Of a stretch of DNA of 64,000 bases, positions 40,801 to 54,179 are shown piece after piece. The translations under genes were made by a program, and so were the position numbers. The DNA comes from Nageia nagi (Eukaryota; Plantae; Pinophyta): contig JBITNC010000002.1 in NCBI GenBank assembly GCA_050084985.1, positions 11,222,001 to 11,286,000 of the forward strand, given 5' to 3'. Position 1 is the first letter of the stretch. Each line of letters starts with the position of its first letter. The notes under the pieces were generated by a model. The model ran no database searches. It had not been told where the DNA came from and saw only the letters and a list, made by a program, of their open reading frames with translations.

Positions 40801-41339
40801 ATTCTAACTGCCACACGATTAAAACCTAAAATGTTTGATTAAAACAAGTTCGGTCTGTCCAGTAATTCACAAAGGTAACAAAGCTTTCTATTTGACGGAA
40901 TAGAAGGCTGCCCAAAGTTTTTTGCCAAGACATAATATAAAATAATAGAGTCTTAACACTGAAGAACAAAATCAAATCTCTTTATTATTTGACCAAGGTG
41001 GAGTCATGGTGCATTGGTGGAACAACAAACTTGAAACCAAGAGGTCATAAGTTCAAATCTTCATAAAGTTAATATTTTTGACTTGTGCCTGAATTTTTTT
41101 TAGCATATGTTGAAAAAGTTAAAGGTGATATTTTTTGAAAGAAAAACAAATGTTTAATCTTTCAAAATAATTTGATACCTTTGAGGAAAAATTGAAGGCA
41201 GGGGCAAATATTTTTGAAACTACATGAGAAAAAGAGATTTTTCTTGAAGAGTGGTGGTTTAATAATCCAAACCATAAACTATTCAAGTTTGAGAAAGTGA
41301 ACTTGCAAGACAAAAATCGCCCTTCCCACCACTAAAATT

Positions 41340-43020
41340 TTGCTCCCTGATTCTCAAGTTTTGAGAGGAAACTATGTTGCCTAGAAGATGAAGATTCAGG
41401 CAATCTTGGGGTTTGAACGCTTGTGGGAAATTGTTACTGCCATAGAACAGCATCCACAGATGGCTGGTGGAGCCCAAATAAAGTTTGATCAATGCAACAA
41501 AAAGGTATATATAATCATCTTACTTAGCATCTCAGATGATGTTCAACCCTATTGTCGTGACTCCAAAGATGTTGTCGATGCATGGAAAACATTGCAACAA
41601 GTGTTTGCCTCAAAGAATCAAAATCAGATTCCACAATTGCAAAGACAATTACACACTTTGAAACTGAAAGGTGGTGACAAAATGGAGTCCTTGCTTCGTA
41701 GAGTTGTAGAACTTCGCACCTCCCTACAAGCACTAGGAGAGACAATAGAAGATAAGAGCACTCTCGAAGGCATATCACACCTTTGTAATATCATTGAACA
41801 TCTTGAAGCAAACACCTAACTTTGAAGAGTTGGTAAATATGTTGCAAAAGGAAGAAGCATTTCCATGACAATTCAAATGAAGAAGAGAATGCCATGATGT
41901 CCAACAAAATAGGCAAGAAGCCTTTTGGAGAAAAGGGCAAAGGCAAGAATTTCTCAAAGCCCAATAACAAACAGAAGAAAAATTGTTTGATTTGCAAAAA
42001 GGAAGGGCATGAATTGCAAGCTTGCTAGTACAATTCTTTTGCTCAAGGATCTTCAAGCAACAAGAATCAAAAATAAAAAGGACCACCACCCAAGAACCAA
42101 GAGAAGTAGAGAAGTAAAAGACCACCTCAACAAAGACAGCAACAAGGCAATGTTGCTAATGATGTTGAAGAGGACACTAAAAATTTTGCTCTTGTTCATC
42201 AATAACAACCACTTGGTATGTTGATTATGGTGATTCCAAGCACAAGACTGGCCGAAAGGATTGGTTTATTTCCTTGGATGAAAGATCCTATATTGGTCAA
42301 GTACAGTTGGGTGATGACACACCCTATAACATGAAGGCAAGGGAGATGCACAAGTACGTTTTGGGAAGCACAACTATCAAATAAAGGAGGTCTTGTATGT
42401 GCCTAGTCTCACAAAGAATCTCTCGTCTATCAAGCACATGTTGGATAACAACCTGAAAGTGGAATTTGATATTGTGAATGGGAAGAAATGTTGTTTCATT
42501 CAAGACAAATCTAGAGATTCTCACATTGTGGTTAAAGCTTCAAAAGTTGGGTAGATGTTCTTACTTAATGTTATAGCTTCAAACAATCAAGCACTCACTG
42601 ATTGTGTTACGGATGTCACCACTCTTTGGCATCGACGATATGGACACATGAATCCCAATTGATTGGTCACTCTGCAAGAGAGGAATATGGTATGTGGTCT
42701 TCCATCTCTTGTTTCTCCTACTAACATATGTTCTACTTGTATAGCAGATTAACAAGGAAGAATTCCATTTTAGGCTAGCAGAAATCATGTTATAAGACCT
42801 CTTGATCCAATTCATTTCAACCTATGCAAACCCATAACGGCTAGCCACATCGGTCTCAAATATTTCCTACTATTTTTTGATGACTAATCCAAAAAGATGT
42901 GGGTGTCTTGTTTAAAGACAAAAGATGAAACCTTTCAATATTTAAAGGAGTTCAAAGCGCATGTGGAGAATGCTACTAATTGTCATATCCATGTACTCTG
43001 ATAATATCAAGGGGGAGACT
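41340..43020 (+). pseudogene. Copia gag-protease-integrase remnant
   Basis: MKIQAILGFERLWEIV...AWKTLQQVF (UBN2-type gag), a CLICKKEGH knuckle, WYVD protease remnant, LWHRRYGHMN pre-integrase motif, and KYFLLFFDD...KMWV...QGGDY integrase core. RT and RNase H are deleted. Confidence 0.85.
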
Positions 43021-44159
43021 ACACATTATGATAGTTCATATATTTTTTTACTCTATAGTTCTGTAACTCTCAAACACCCCATGTATTTAAGCAGAGTTAT
43101 CAAGTTCGTCGGTTAGGAGCCCAAATCTTGTCCAATCTGCCAATGAGTTCTAGCAGGGTCTGGCTAGTTCCCGTTAGGTTTGTTAGGAAACAATCCCGAG
43201 GAGAAACCGAACATACCCAAGAAAACCCGGACAGAAACACGATTGTAGGCAACTAGAGGCAACTTTTTTGCATTTTTTTAATATATTTTTTATTTGACTT
43301 TGACCAATTCTGACTTGAAAACCCTAAAAGTTACCTCTAAAGCGCATGAAACCTCTAAACTACTTCATTTTTAATATATTTTTTATTTGCATTTTTTTAA
43401 TATATTTTTTTATTTGACTTTGACCAATTCTTGTTCATTTCTTTTGCAAACAACAAATTTTATTCCAAAAGGTTAAGCATTGGTTGAGAGTTGAAGAGTG
43501 ATTGTTAAAGCTTGTACAAGGATTGTATTGTCATTCGTACTCATTTGCAAATGTTCATTGCTTGCCAAGAAAATTGTAGAAAGATTTTTTTTGCAAAGAG
43601 GTAAGTTTTTTTCATTTTTTTCTTCCATTTTTGTTTCAATCTTAAAGTTGAAACTTGAAACAAATTATTTGCTTTGAATTTGTTTATATATGGTTTTTCC
43701 ATTCTTTTATGAATGTATGAAAAATTCAAAAGAGCTAAGTTTTTTCTTGCCATAAGAATCACAATGGCAACTAGTTCTACCAATACAAGTCAACCTAAGT
43801 TCAAAACAGATCCTTATTCTCCTCCATGAAAACATGTTGAAATGATACAATCAATTCCAGGTGGTGGGGTTTACATTTGGAAATGCAATGGATGTGGTGT
43901 TCAATATTCTAGTTCATATTTTTGAATTAAAGCCCGTTTGTGTGGAATACCTAGAAAAGGAATCAAAGCTTGCCCTAGAAAGAATGGTGTACTTATGCCA
44001 TCGAATACAACAGTAAGATATATTATGGAGCAAGAATAAGCAGATGAACGAGACTCCAATAAAGAAAATCAACCCTTACTTAAAAAAAAGATCCAAAGGA
44101 ATACTGCCCACATCTATTCCCAATATCATAGTAGAAAACTATATGTTCAAACACAAAGT

Positions 44160-45011
44160 TGTTAGTCACACAATGACACTGAGAGGAGGGGTGAATCAGT
44201 GTAGTAAATTAATTCCTCAATATTTCAAACCAAAGTAATACAAAATTGAAACCATACACAACAACACACAAATTCTAAAAATACAATAACACATTTAACG
44301 AGGTTCACCAATTTGGTTACATCCCCGAAAATGACTGCTTAGACTTCCATCCAAATCCACCCTTTGCAAAGCACCAACTTCACAAACAATTTGCCAACAC
44401 CCATTGGAAGGAGCACCAACCCCTAACTTTACTAGCACCAACTGGAAGGAGACACCAATCCCCTAATTTACCAGCACCAACTAGAAAATCATAAAACTCT
44501 AATGGAGATAATTAAACCCTATCAAAAAACCCTGAATGGTCTAGCTCATAAAACTCATTATTTGAATGCTTTTGTCCAATCTTTGCAATCTTCAACACCC
44601 TGCACACTCATACACTTCTTGGATCCAACCATCTCTCACACCCTAAAAACAAACCCTTGCTTTTTTGGCCTTTTAAAGCAAGAAAAACGTAATCTAGCCT
44701 CCAAACACCCCCTACACTAACGGGCCTCCAAATCGCCCCTAACCAAAATGCCTTGAATGAAGGTCAAATCTTTAGAAAAGGTAGGTATATTTATATTTGT
44801 TGGAAAGGTCTCTTAGAGGGCTATCTAATGAATAAATAATCAACTCAATTAGATGCCTCTATCAAAATTTATGCCCTTCTAAACATGACTAATACATTCT
44901 CAAACAATTCCACTTACTGTCCACTTACAACATCATGGCAGATACATAATAACTTCACCAATACATGCCCAACAAAGTGTGTTGACAACAATGACAAAAA
45001 CTTGCTCAACA
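44160..45011 (-). mobile_element. Solo LTR (852 bp) inserted in hAT 1
   Basis: TGTT...AACA ends and perfect TSD AAAGT (44155-44159 / 45012-45016). An ATTCACCCCTCCTCT motif near the minus-strand 3' end resembles Sirevirus-like Copia LTRs. Confidence 0.82.
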
Positions 45012-45598
45012 AAAGTTAACAGCCCAATCCCACTACAAACAAAATACCAAGGGGACATTTGGAGATGGCATCTCAAAATGAGAGTAGAGACATTGTCGAC
45101 CAACATGTAGCAAAATGTATTGATGCAAATGGGTTATCTTTCAATGTTGTTTGATCTCCATATTGGAAAGAAATGTTGAGAAAAGTTAATGAAGCTCCAA
45201 AAGGGTACAACGGTCCTCGTCCTCGTTATGAGAAGTTTTCTGGCACCTTGTTGGAGAAAAAGGTCACGATGGTTGAAGATTCTTTTCAGCCCATAAGGGA
45301 TTCATGGATTGAGACAAGTGTGTCCATTGATTCATATAGTTGAAAAGATGCAAAAAATCAAACCTCTATCCATGTCATAGCGGTGTCCCCTAAAGGGAAA
45401 ATGTTTTTGCAAGTCGTGGATTGTGAGGGGCAAGTAGAAGATGGACAATTTATTGTTGATATTCTCATCGAAGCCATTGAGCAAGAGGGACCCCGCAATG
45501 TTGTTCAAGTCATAACGGACAACAATAAGAATTGTAGAGTTGTTGGGTTGTTGGTTGAAGAACAATATTCACGTATCTTTTGGACACCCTATGTAGTC

Positions 45599-48500
45599 CA
45601 TAGTTGTAAAAATCGAATCGGAATCGAATAAAATCGAAATCGACCAATCAAATGATCCGATTCAAATTGGATCCGATTTTTTTCAAAAAAGTGTTTATCC
45701 GATCTTTTCTGATTCCAATTTGCGATTTTTTAGACAAAAAATTGCAAATTTTTTGAAAAAAATGGGCAAAGAATCAGCCAACGATTTTTCAGGAGTAAAT
45801 CCGATTTTTTGGCCGATTCGATTCTTAAAAAAATGCGATTCCCGATTAAAAAATCGGCAAAAAATCGTCTAGTCATCTTGGGCGCGGGTAGAAGGGTTTA
45901 AGTCACCAAAAAACTCAATCATTTCATTTTGTTTTGCATTCTAGAGCTGAGAGGAGCTGAGCTAACACCATTTTCAACAAGTTTGAAGAGATTCCAAGTA
46001 AGTTTCCAACTTTCCAATGCTTTGTGAGTTTTGATGGTATTTTTTATTTTCTCTTCAAGGCTTTAGCTATTTGTTTTTTTCTTTTTTGTTTGTTTTTGCA
46101 ACTACAAGTATGAGTTCTCCAGGCCGTAGGAAAGATAGGACAGATGTTGCTTGGCCATATATCACAGAGACTAAAATAGCAAACACTTTTATTTGCAATT
46201 TTTGTAGGGAACCTATTGGTGGAGGTATTTACAGAATGAAATTTCACTTAGCAAGAATGGCTAGGAATAATGTTAGACCTTGCCCTAAGGTGGATCAAGA
46301 TGTCTAGAGGCAAATGGTTGCCATCATAGAAGTCAAGGCAGCAAAGAAGCAGGCAAAGAAAAGAACAAAATCAGAAATTGCCAAATGGTTTCCACCAACT
46401 CCCACTCCGCCTCCACCTCCAGGGTTTCCATGGATAGGTTCTACCTAGAGCCATTTCTTTGAAGAGGGCGATGCTAGTGGTAGTGCAATAGCTGCAACAA
46501 CAAAACAAACCCCCACCAGGAAGATGAGGAATCCAGCAAGCTCTACTAGTGCAATGCGGTGTGATTTTTTTGCACCTCGTGGTGGCCAAACCACACTCAA
46601 TCAATCATGGAATAAAGATAAGTTTGAGGAAGCCAGAAAGGCAATTGCAAATTTCTGGTATTACTCTAATCTTTCCTTCAATGTGGCGAACATGCCATAT
46701 TGGGAGTACATGGTTAGAGCTATTGCTGCTTGTCGTGTTGGATTCAAAACACCAACTTACAATGATTTGAGAGGTCCTATGCTGGATGTAGCTGTTTTAG
46801 ATTGCAGGAGGGTTCTTGATGAGCAAAAGAAGATTTGGAGAAGAAAGGGTTGCAGCATTCTTAGCGACGGTTGGACCGATACACGAGGGAGAACTTTGTT
46901 GAACTTTTTGGCTGCTTCTTCAGGAGGTCTGGTATACTTGAAGTCAATGGATGCATCAGGTGAAATAAAAAATAGTGATTATTTATTTGGCCAGTTACAG
47001 ATAGTCATTGAGGAGGTGGGGGCTGAGAACGTTGTGCAAGTATATTTATTATTTTTTATCTATTTTGTTTCAGTTTATTTGTGCATGTTCTCATTTTTTT
47101 ATTTAAATTTTTAATAATTAAAATTTAATTCATCTAAGTTTAAAACATAACTTTAAATTTTATGTTGTGCACATTGTAGGTTATCACGGATAACACTTTT
47201 GCATACGTTAAAGCAAGGGAAACGATTGAGAAAGAATACCCTACCATATTTTGGACTCCTTGTGCCGCACATGTCATCGACTTACATCTTAAGAACATTG
47301 GAAGGGTAGATTGGATCAAAGAGGTTGTGGAAACAACAAAGAATATCACCAAATATATCTACAATCATGCTTGGGTCCTCCATTTAATGAGGACAGATTT
47401 CACAAATGGAAAGGGTCTAATACGTCCTAGTAAATTTTTTATTATTTCCCAGCTTTCAATTTATTGCATTTATTATTATTTTATATTCTATTTTTTTTAT
47501 TTTTCATTAAATTAAATTTATGAATTTTGCATGCAACCACTACACGATTTACAACATCATTTCTTACATTGCAGAGTATTTTTAATACTCGAATTGCATT
47601 GAAACAAATGTTTGTGAGCAACAAGTGGATGGTGTCAAGATATGCACGTGAACCAGAGGGCAAGAATATCTTTAATTGTATCTTTGATGATGATTATCGG
47701 ACGGATGCCCTTCAGATTTTGAGGGTATAATTTTATTTCAATTTTCAACTTTTTCACTTTTCTACTGTTTGAAATTCTGAATCATTCCATATTGAATTGA
47801 TTAAATATTAATTCATTAAAATTGTTATTAATTTAGTAGTATAATTGATAATTCACTTTGCAAATTACAGAGCCCTTAGTGAGGGTGTTTTGCCTTGTGG
47901 ACTCAGAGAAGCCATCCATGGGGTATGTGTATGAGGCGATAGATAAGGCAAAAGAGGCCATATCTGCTTTTTTCGATTATCAAGCATCAAAGATTTCAGT
48001 ACATTTGGGACATGGTTTATTGTAGGTGGTATACTCAATTGCATTAGCCTCTACATGGAGCGGGGATTTACTTGAACCCAAAGTTCTTCTATCCAGACAA
48101 TTTTGATCCATTGAATGGGGAGATTAACGCAGGTATCCAATAGTAAATATTAATCAACTTTGAGGATTTTGCCTTCAATTTTCAACTTAACCTATTGAAT
48201 TTGAATATATGGATTCTGATGGGCATTTAAATTTTGTAGGTCTCCACAAGGATATTAACTGTTTGGTGCTAGATAAGGAGATTAGGACCAAAATTTTCAG
48301 AATAGAGCTTCAAGATTACAAGAAAGCACAAGGCTATTTGTTCTCATCCCCAAAATGTATAGAATCAAGGACAACTCTAGCTCCAGGTAACAAAATGCAT
48401 TTTCAATCTTTTTAAAGTGAATTGCCCAATTAGTAACATCTTGAAAAATGCATATCTTATTTGTTTTTTCTGCTGTTTTTTTTAAGATCTATGGTGGAAG

Positions 48501-49513
48501 GATTATGGCGGTAATACGCCAAATCTTCAAAAAGGTGCCATAAAAATCTTACCCCAACCAGCTAGTTCTTTTGGATGTGAGCGAAACTGGAGCACTTTTG
48601 AGCAAATTCATTCAAAGAAGCACAGAAGGCTCACCCATGAGCACTTGAATGATTTGGTTTTTGTGCATTACAACCTTCGCCTCCGTCATAGACAAATTGA
48701 AGGAACAAGTAATGATGCAATAGAGTTGAATGAGATTGATGCAAGTGATGTGTGGGCTTCATGTTTGAAGGATGTGCCATAAGAGGTTAGAGATTTTGAT
48801 TTCAATTTTCAACTTATAGATTAGCTATTGAATTTGATTTTGAATATATTTTATCAGCTTTTGATGGGCAATGCATTTTGATTTTACAGCCTCAAGATTT
48901 TGATTTCACCTTTGAAGAGTATCAAAGAATGGAAGAACAAGCTCTTGTAATGGGTGAGGAAGCTGAAAGGGTGGCAACGGAAGCTAAAAGGGCCCAAGGG
49001 GGTACATTTGCAGTAGGACCATCACATAGAGGAGATGCTCTTGAAGATGATATTGATGATGATGAACCTCTAATAACAACTAGGTCTAGGGTTGCAAAAG
49101 AGAGATTGTGAAAGGCAAAACATGGATGATAGCTCATAGCAATGTTGTAGTACCAATCACTAGATGAATGTTTTGAATCTTGTGATTTAGATTTTGTTAT
49201 GTCACATTGAAAATCTTTAATGTTTTTTATCCTTGACACTTGACATTCGATATGTAATATTGAACTCTACAATTTCTTTAGTATGCAATGTTGGATATTT
49301 TATGTGTTCTTCTATATGGAATGTTGTCTATTTGATGTGCAATATTCAGATTTAGCTAAGATTGATTTGTTTTAATATCAAATAGGGGAAATTCCTTCAT
49401 TTTTTCTCCATGCCAATTTTATTCGATTTTTTTGCCGATTTTATCCAATTTTTCAAAAAATCAGAATCCTGGAACCAAACGATTCCGATTCGATTCTGAT
49501 ATTTTTAACTATG
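45599..49513 (+). mobile_element. hAT transposon 2 (3,915 bp) nested in hAT 1
   Basis: TIR CATAGTTGTAAAAAT / CATAGTTAAAAAT, TSD ATGTAGTC / GTGCAGTC (6/8), and subterminal CCGAT/ATCGG repeats. Confidence 0.88.
46110..49111 (+). pseudogene. Intron-containing hAT transposase (BED, DUF659, hATC dimerisation) with stops and frameshifts
   Basis: FICNFC...GGIYRMKFHLA, CSILSDGWTD.RGRTLLNFL, ENVVQ|VITDN, FWTPCAAHVIDL, TRFTTSFLTL and CERNWSTFEQIHSKK...LNDLVFVHYNLRL, with GT-AG introns. Confidence 0.88.
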
Positions 49514-51451
49514 GTGCAGTCCACTCACTCAATCTTATGCTAAAAAAGATTGAAAATAAAATTGATTGGATCAAAGAGTTGTATGTAGAGCCTAAGGACA
49601 TCCAGATGTTCATCACCAACCATCACATGTCATTGATCAAAGTTTGTTTTTAAATTTTTAAATTTTTAAATTTTAATTATTATTATTTTACTTTGCAGTA
49701 GGTTACAGATTCCCATTTTAGCTATAACACAATCATCTTGAGACGACTTGTGAACGTTAGAGATTCACTTTCTAGCATGGTGATTAGCCAAAATTGGTCT
49801 ACATGGAGGCAAAGCAACACTGAAAGGGCAACAAAAATTAAGAAGATGATATTAGATGACTCATGGTGGGATCGTGCGAAGTATCTCCTTAGTTTCATCG
49901 ATCCCATTTTATGTATGATTCGCTATACTGACATGGATAGGCCTTGCATTAGAGAGGTATATGATGACATCAACTAAATGATTGAGAAGATGAAGTGCAC
50001 CATAAATGCGAAAGAGCAAGACCCTCAAGAGACTTTCTTCAAACAAGTGCATGCATTGTCTCCAAAAGACTACAATAGTGAGATTCTTTTTGTGCTAGAA
50101 AGGGTTACCCCATATAGAGATTTTGAAGTGTCTAAAGGGTACAAGGCAACATTTGTTAGAGTACCTTGAAACTGAATTGCGAGATATTTTCACAAATGAG
50201 TTCATTGATTTTGTGCACTCAAATGGTTAAAGTATTATTGAGGCTCTTCGTGAGAGGCTCAAAATGGATGCTCATAGCTGGTGGTACTTCCATGGCCAAA
50301 ACTTCCAAAACCTACAACCCCTCACAATCAAAGTTTTATCACAAGTAAGAATACTAAATTTTTATTTTTTAGTCTTTGAATTTTCATTTATAGTTTTTAA
50401 TTTTTAAATTTTTTTTATTTTTATAATGTATAACTTTAATTATTTATTTAATATTTTGTCTTCATAGGTTGCTAGTTCATCTGCTTCGAATAGGAATTCG
50501 AGCACATATTCTTTCATCCACTCAGTAAAGTGCAATTAATTACACTAAAAAAAAGCGGAGAACTTAGTATATGTGCATTCCAACTTGCATCTCCTTTCAC
50601 ACAAACAAAATGACTACAAGCAAGCGGAGTTGAAGTTGTGCAATATAGAGATAAGCATACTGACTTGGATGTATCCAATTCCCACCATATTGCATTTGAT
50701 AACTTAGATAGCCAAAATGAACACACTATTGGTACAGGTGACAGTGGCACTACTTGTGGCTCATCTAATATTCCTACATCATCTAATGTTAATGATGATG
50801 ATGACTTTGTCGATTTAGAAAATGCATTTTACGATTAATCATTAAACTAATTGTTGAACTTGATATTATTATTTTAATATTGAACTTGAAGTTTGAATGA
50901 TGAATATTTAATATTTATCATGCATGTTTTAAATGGCATTCAAGTTTATGGTGGTTTTGTTATGTGTGAGTGATTTTTACCTGTTTTTTGTATGGGTTCT
51001 TTTTTGTATGGACAAACCCAAAGCCCAAAAGCACTTTTAGCCAAACTTGTGAACTGAACCACAATAGCAAAACCGACAACTTTGTATTTAAGTATTCTCA
51101 TTAATGCAAAGGTTACTCTTGAATCTTCCATTGTCTTCTAATAATCCATTCAATGAAGAAATGAAATTTATGCATTGAAGGATCCATATGCCTCAACCTA
51201 AGACCCTCCCTCCATCCAGGTGTACAAAGTATCATACTCTCCTCCAATCAAATAAGAAAGTTTTCATACATCTAGGTTGCATGCAAAAGTGAATAATTTC
51301 AAAAATGAGAATCAACTCTATAATCTTTGTGCTACACCAGAAGATCTAAAAGCATATGTCCAGACTCTAGACATAACATTATGCCTTTAATTGAAAATTG
51401 AGTAAGTTAATGGTTTGAAGCAATGTCATCTCTAGAGCAGATTATAGTGTA

Positions 51452-52499
51452 TGCATCTACGGGGCCCTAGGCGGTGTGCGCCACCCCTCCTATATCTTGG
51501 AGACATCTTCAAGAAATAGGGAAGAAACATCGTCTAGATGCAAGGGTAATAGTGGTGCCATAGAGAAGAGGAATCAATGCCCTACCTTCTCTTTGCATGC
51601 TTTCTATGTCCAAATTGTGTGGAGCACGTGATGAGACGTTTATTCATGCAAGGAATCCAATTCCCTCCATGGAGTCCTTATGGGATTACTGGAAGGCCAA
51701 GAAATTCATATCCAAAAAGATAAAGTCTATTCGGGATCTAGGACTAAGATTCATCTAATGGAAAATATGGCTAGCGCAAAATGGAAGGACCTTCGAGGAA
51801 GAATTCAAAACAGTGGCGAAACCCTAGAAAACCCTAACAAGAAAGTTAACAAAAACTTTGGAGGCAAAAATTTGAGAAGAATCCCAAATTCCGAAAGAGC
51901 AAGACAAAATTTGGGGCAACCTAAGATTGGGGATGACTTCGGCCAAATAAACTAACAACACAAATTTTGCAAATATAGCAAATGAACTTCAATAGTTTGA
52001 AGATGTTGACTCTAAGTTAACATTGGGAAGAGACATGAAGCCATTCAAGAATAAACAAGAAAGCTAAGGAAAAACGAAAGTCCCCAAGCCCAATGGGAGA
52101 AAGGATGAAAGAAAGAAAGAAAATATATTAATGTCCTCTCGTAAACAAAAGCAATCAATGGGATTGAGCGGTACAAATGTATCAAGCAGCAAGAATAGAA
52201 ACTAAGAATCACAATATAGAAATAGGGGCTTAACCCCAAAAGAGAGTACATGATCGAAGAGTAAAATAGAATAGACAAGATTAGTGGGGAGGTAGGGCAC
52301 TCTCGTCTATATAACTAAGCATTGTTGGAGCTAAAGAAGGATGTAATCTACTGAGTCTGCAAAGGAATGGAGTTAGCACAAACTCGCTAGAAAAAGACTC
52401 ATTGTAAACACCTCAAATTTAGAAAGACGATTACTCAAATAAAGAAAGCTGATCTATCTTCTGAAACTGGACAAGAGGGGCAGGATACCAGATGCCACA
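51452..52499 (+). mobile_element. Probable solo LTR (~1.05 kb)
   Basis: Ends TGCATCT...AGATGCCACA, flanks GTGTA / ATGTA (4/5), and TATATAA near 52308 followed by TGTAA motifs. Confidence 0.5.
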
Positions 52500-52541
52500 A
52501 TGTAAACCAAAACATATTAGTAGAATGTTAATCTTTTCACT

Positions 52542-52543
<2 letters not shown>

Positions 52544-52577
<34 letters not shown>
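52544..52577 (+). repeat. (AG)17 microsatellite
   Basis: Direct reading. Confidence 0.95.
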
Positions 52578-52580
<3 letters not shown>

Positions 52581-52796
52581 GTTTCAATGTATTTCAACAC
52601 ATCCCTAAGACAGTCAAGGATACCATCTGACATCCCTTTGGCTTAAATTGTAGGGTAAGAAGGATCTAAGATCTAACAAATAATAGCATTTCGTGTACCA
52701 TATAAGATCCAATCCTCTTGTAAACGAATTATGAAGAATTTAAATGGATATGCTCACCCGCATGTCTCAAGAAGAAAAGTCTATAAAACTCCATAC

Positions 52797-52873
52797 CTGG
52801 CATGAGCTCTTCGTGCTTCTTCATATACAGGCGGTGGAGTTACAAGAACCACATGAGATGTATCTGAAAGACC
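52797..52873 (-). CDS. SGNH/GDSL esterase, internal coding exon
   Basis: ttttcag|GGT...GCCAG|gtatgg, 77 bp, phase 0/2. GLSDTSHVVLVTPPPVYEEARRAHA(R) has the family LxTPPP motif and joins in frame to the neighbouring exons. Confidence 0.92.
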
Positions 52874-53809
52874 CTGAAAATTCAACTCCGTTCAGGTTAT
52901 GAATATGAAAAAACAAGTCAGATATAATACAGAAAGGCATGCGGAGTGGTACTTCACAACCTAAATATTCAGTAAACATAACCACTAATGTATAATAACT
53001 TATTGGGTTCAAATATTTCCAACAAGGAACCCTTGTCAAAAATGCATTATTTAACAAAAATCTGATTCCTAAGGTTATAATTTTGATGTGAAAATTAAAC
53101 AATCAAAATATCTTGTTGGTAAAGGCAAAACATAACTAATTCTTTATGCAGACAAACCTGTCCATCTTCAACTAGATATGGATCTCCTCTATGAGAAGCT
53201 AAACTACCTTAAAGTTAACCATATGCCATAATTTATTCAGAGAAACAGGTTTTCTGTAGCAATTGACCATTATTGGTACCAACTAGATGAAACATCATAT
53301 CAAGACATTTCAACACAAATATTTAAATTCAAGCTTATGAAATACACCAAACATGTTGAAAGCTCTGAAGTGATACGGTGGCTCACATATCTAAAAATCC
53401 CTCCAGTTTGGTACATAAAGTAATTACGTAATATTGCAGATGACAAGAGGGCAATAATATGAATGACGTGATTCGTTTTACTGGAAAGTTTACAGCACAA
53501 TACGAAGAAACCAATAATCAAGGTGACAAATAAATATTGATAAAGGTTTATGTTTAACGAGGAATTTTCATCAATCTTTTTAACAAAGAATTTCCCTACT
53601 AAGCTACAATTGAAGTAACATCCAGAAAGTCTGCAAGATTTGATATCAAACATTCTGGACATGCAAGAGCTTCAGGGACAATACTACAGGGCATGGCAAA
53701 TCTTAATCCTTGATGTTTCTGTCAAGTTCTTTCTTTGTCTTCTATTCTACATATTTTGTGGTGTGTCAAGCAGATCATCTATTCACCTGGAACCACCATG
53801 AGTGAAATT

Positions 53810-53950
53810 GCTAATGGTTTATAATCTAAGCCAAAAACACATGCATGCAATTGCTGATGGTTTATAACCTAAGTCAAAAACACAAGAATAAAATTGTTAA
53901 TGGTTTATAACCTAAGTCAAAAGCACATGCACGAAATTGCTAATGGATTA
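53810..53950. repeat. Short tandem repeat, ~42-bp unit, about three copies
   Basis: tggtttataa(t/c)ctaag(c/t)caaaa recurs at ~53815, 53858 and 53901. Confidence 0.75.
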
Positions 53951-54038
53951 TCTAAAATAAGCTAACAACTGATGGAGCTTTCTCTTTGCATGCAAGCATC
54001 GAATAATAGAAAGAAGATTTACTAAAATTAGCACCTAC

Positions 54039-54179
54039 CTTGATATGTACACAGATTTGTTGAAGGTTCGCTTTATACTCTGGAAGCGGCACATGTTGCC
54101 CCTTTCCACTGGGGAGAGGAAAGGCAGCATCATTGGCTCCAAAAAACACTATCACTAGAGCAGGTTGGGATGGATGGTC
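54039..54179 (-). CDS. SGNH/GDSL esterase (IAH1/CPRD49-like), internal coding exon with block III (VFFGAND)
   Basis: ttcag|GAC...AAG|gtaggt, 141 bp, phase 0/0. Translates DHPSQPALVIVFFGANDAAFPLPSGKGQHVPLPEYKANLQQICVHIK, matching the plant IAH1-like GDSL family pattern (xFFGAND...QHVPLxEY). Confidence 0.93.

Larger units (their letters stand above)
43092..51084 (+). mobile_element. hAT transposon 1 (BED finger / DUF659 / hATC-type transposase, decayed, ~43764-50838)
   Basis: TIR CAGAGTTATC / CAAAGTTGTC and perfect 8-bp TSD TATTTAAG (43084-43091 / 51085-51092). Motifs WKCNGC, NVVQVITDN, WTP..VHSLNLMLK, WWDR..YLLSF..PI and SWWYFHG. Confidence 0.88.
39736..51143 (+). mobile_element. Internally deleted Ty1/Copia element hosting nested insertions
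   Basis: Short 5' LTR 39736-39914 followed by PBS TGGTATCAGAG. The 3' LTR remnant is split (~43029-43091 and 51093-51143) and shares tgatagttcatat and aaaggttactcttga with the 5' LTR. Perfect TSD ATCCA (39731-39735 / 51144-51148). Confidence 0.8.

Noticed and set aside
53952-54038. ORF-track extension of the esterase exon (VGANFSK...), and likewise 6605-6693
   Set aside because: These are intron read-through beyond the GT donor at 54038 and upstream of the AG acceptor at 6605.
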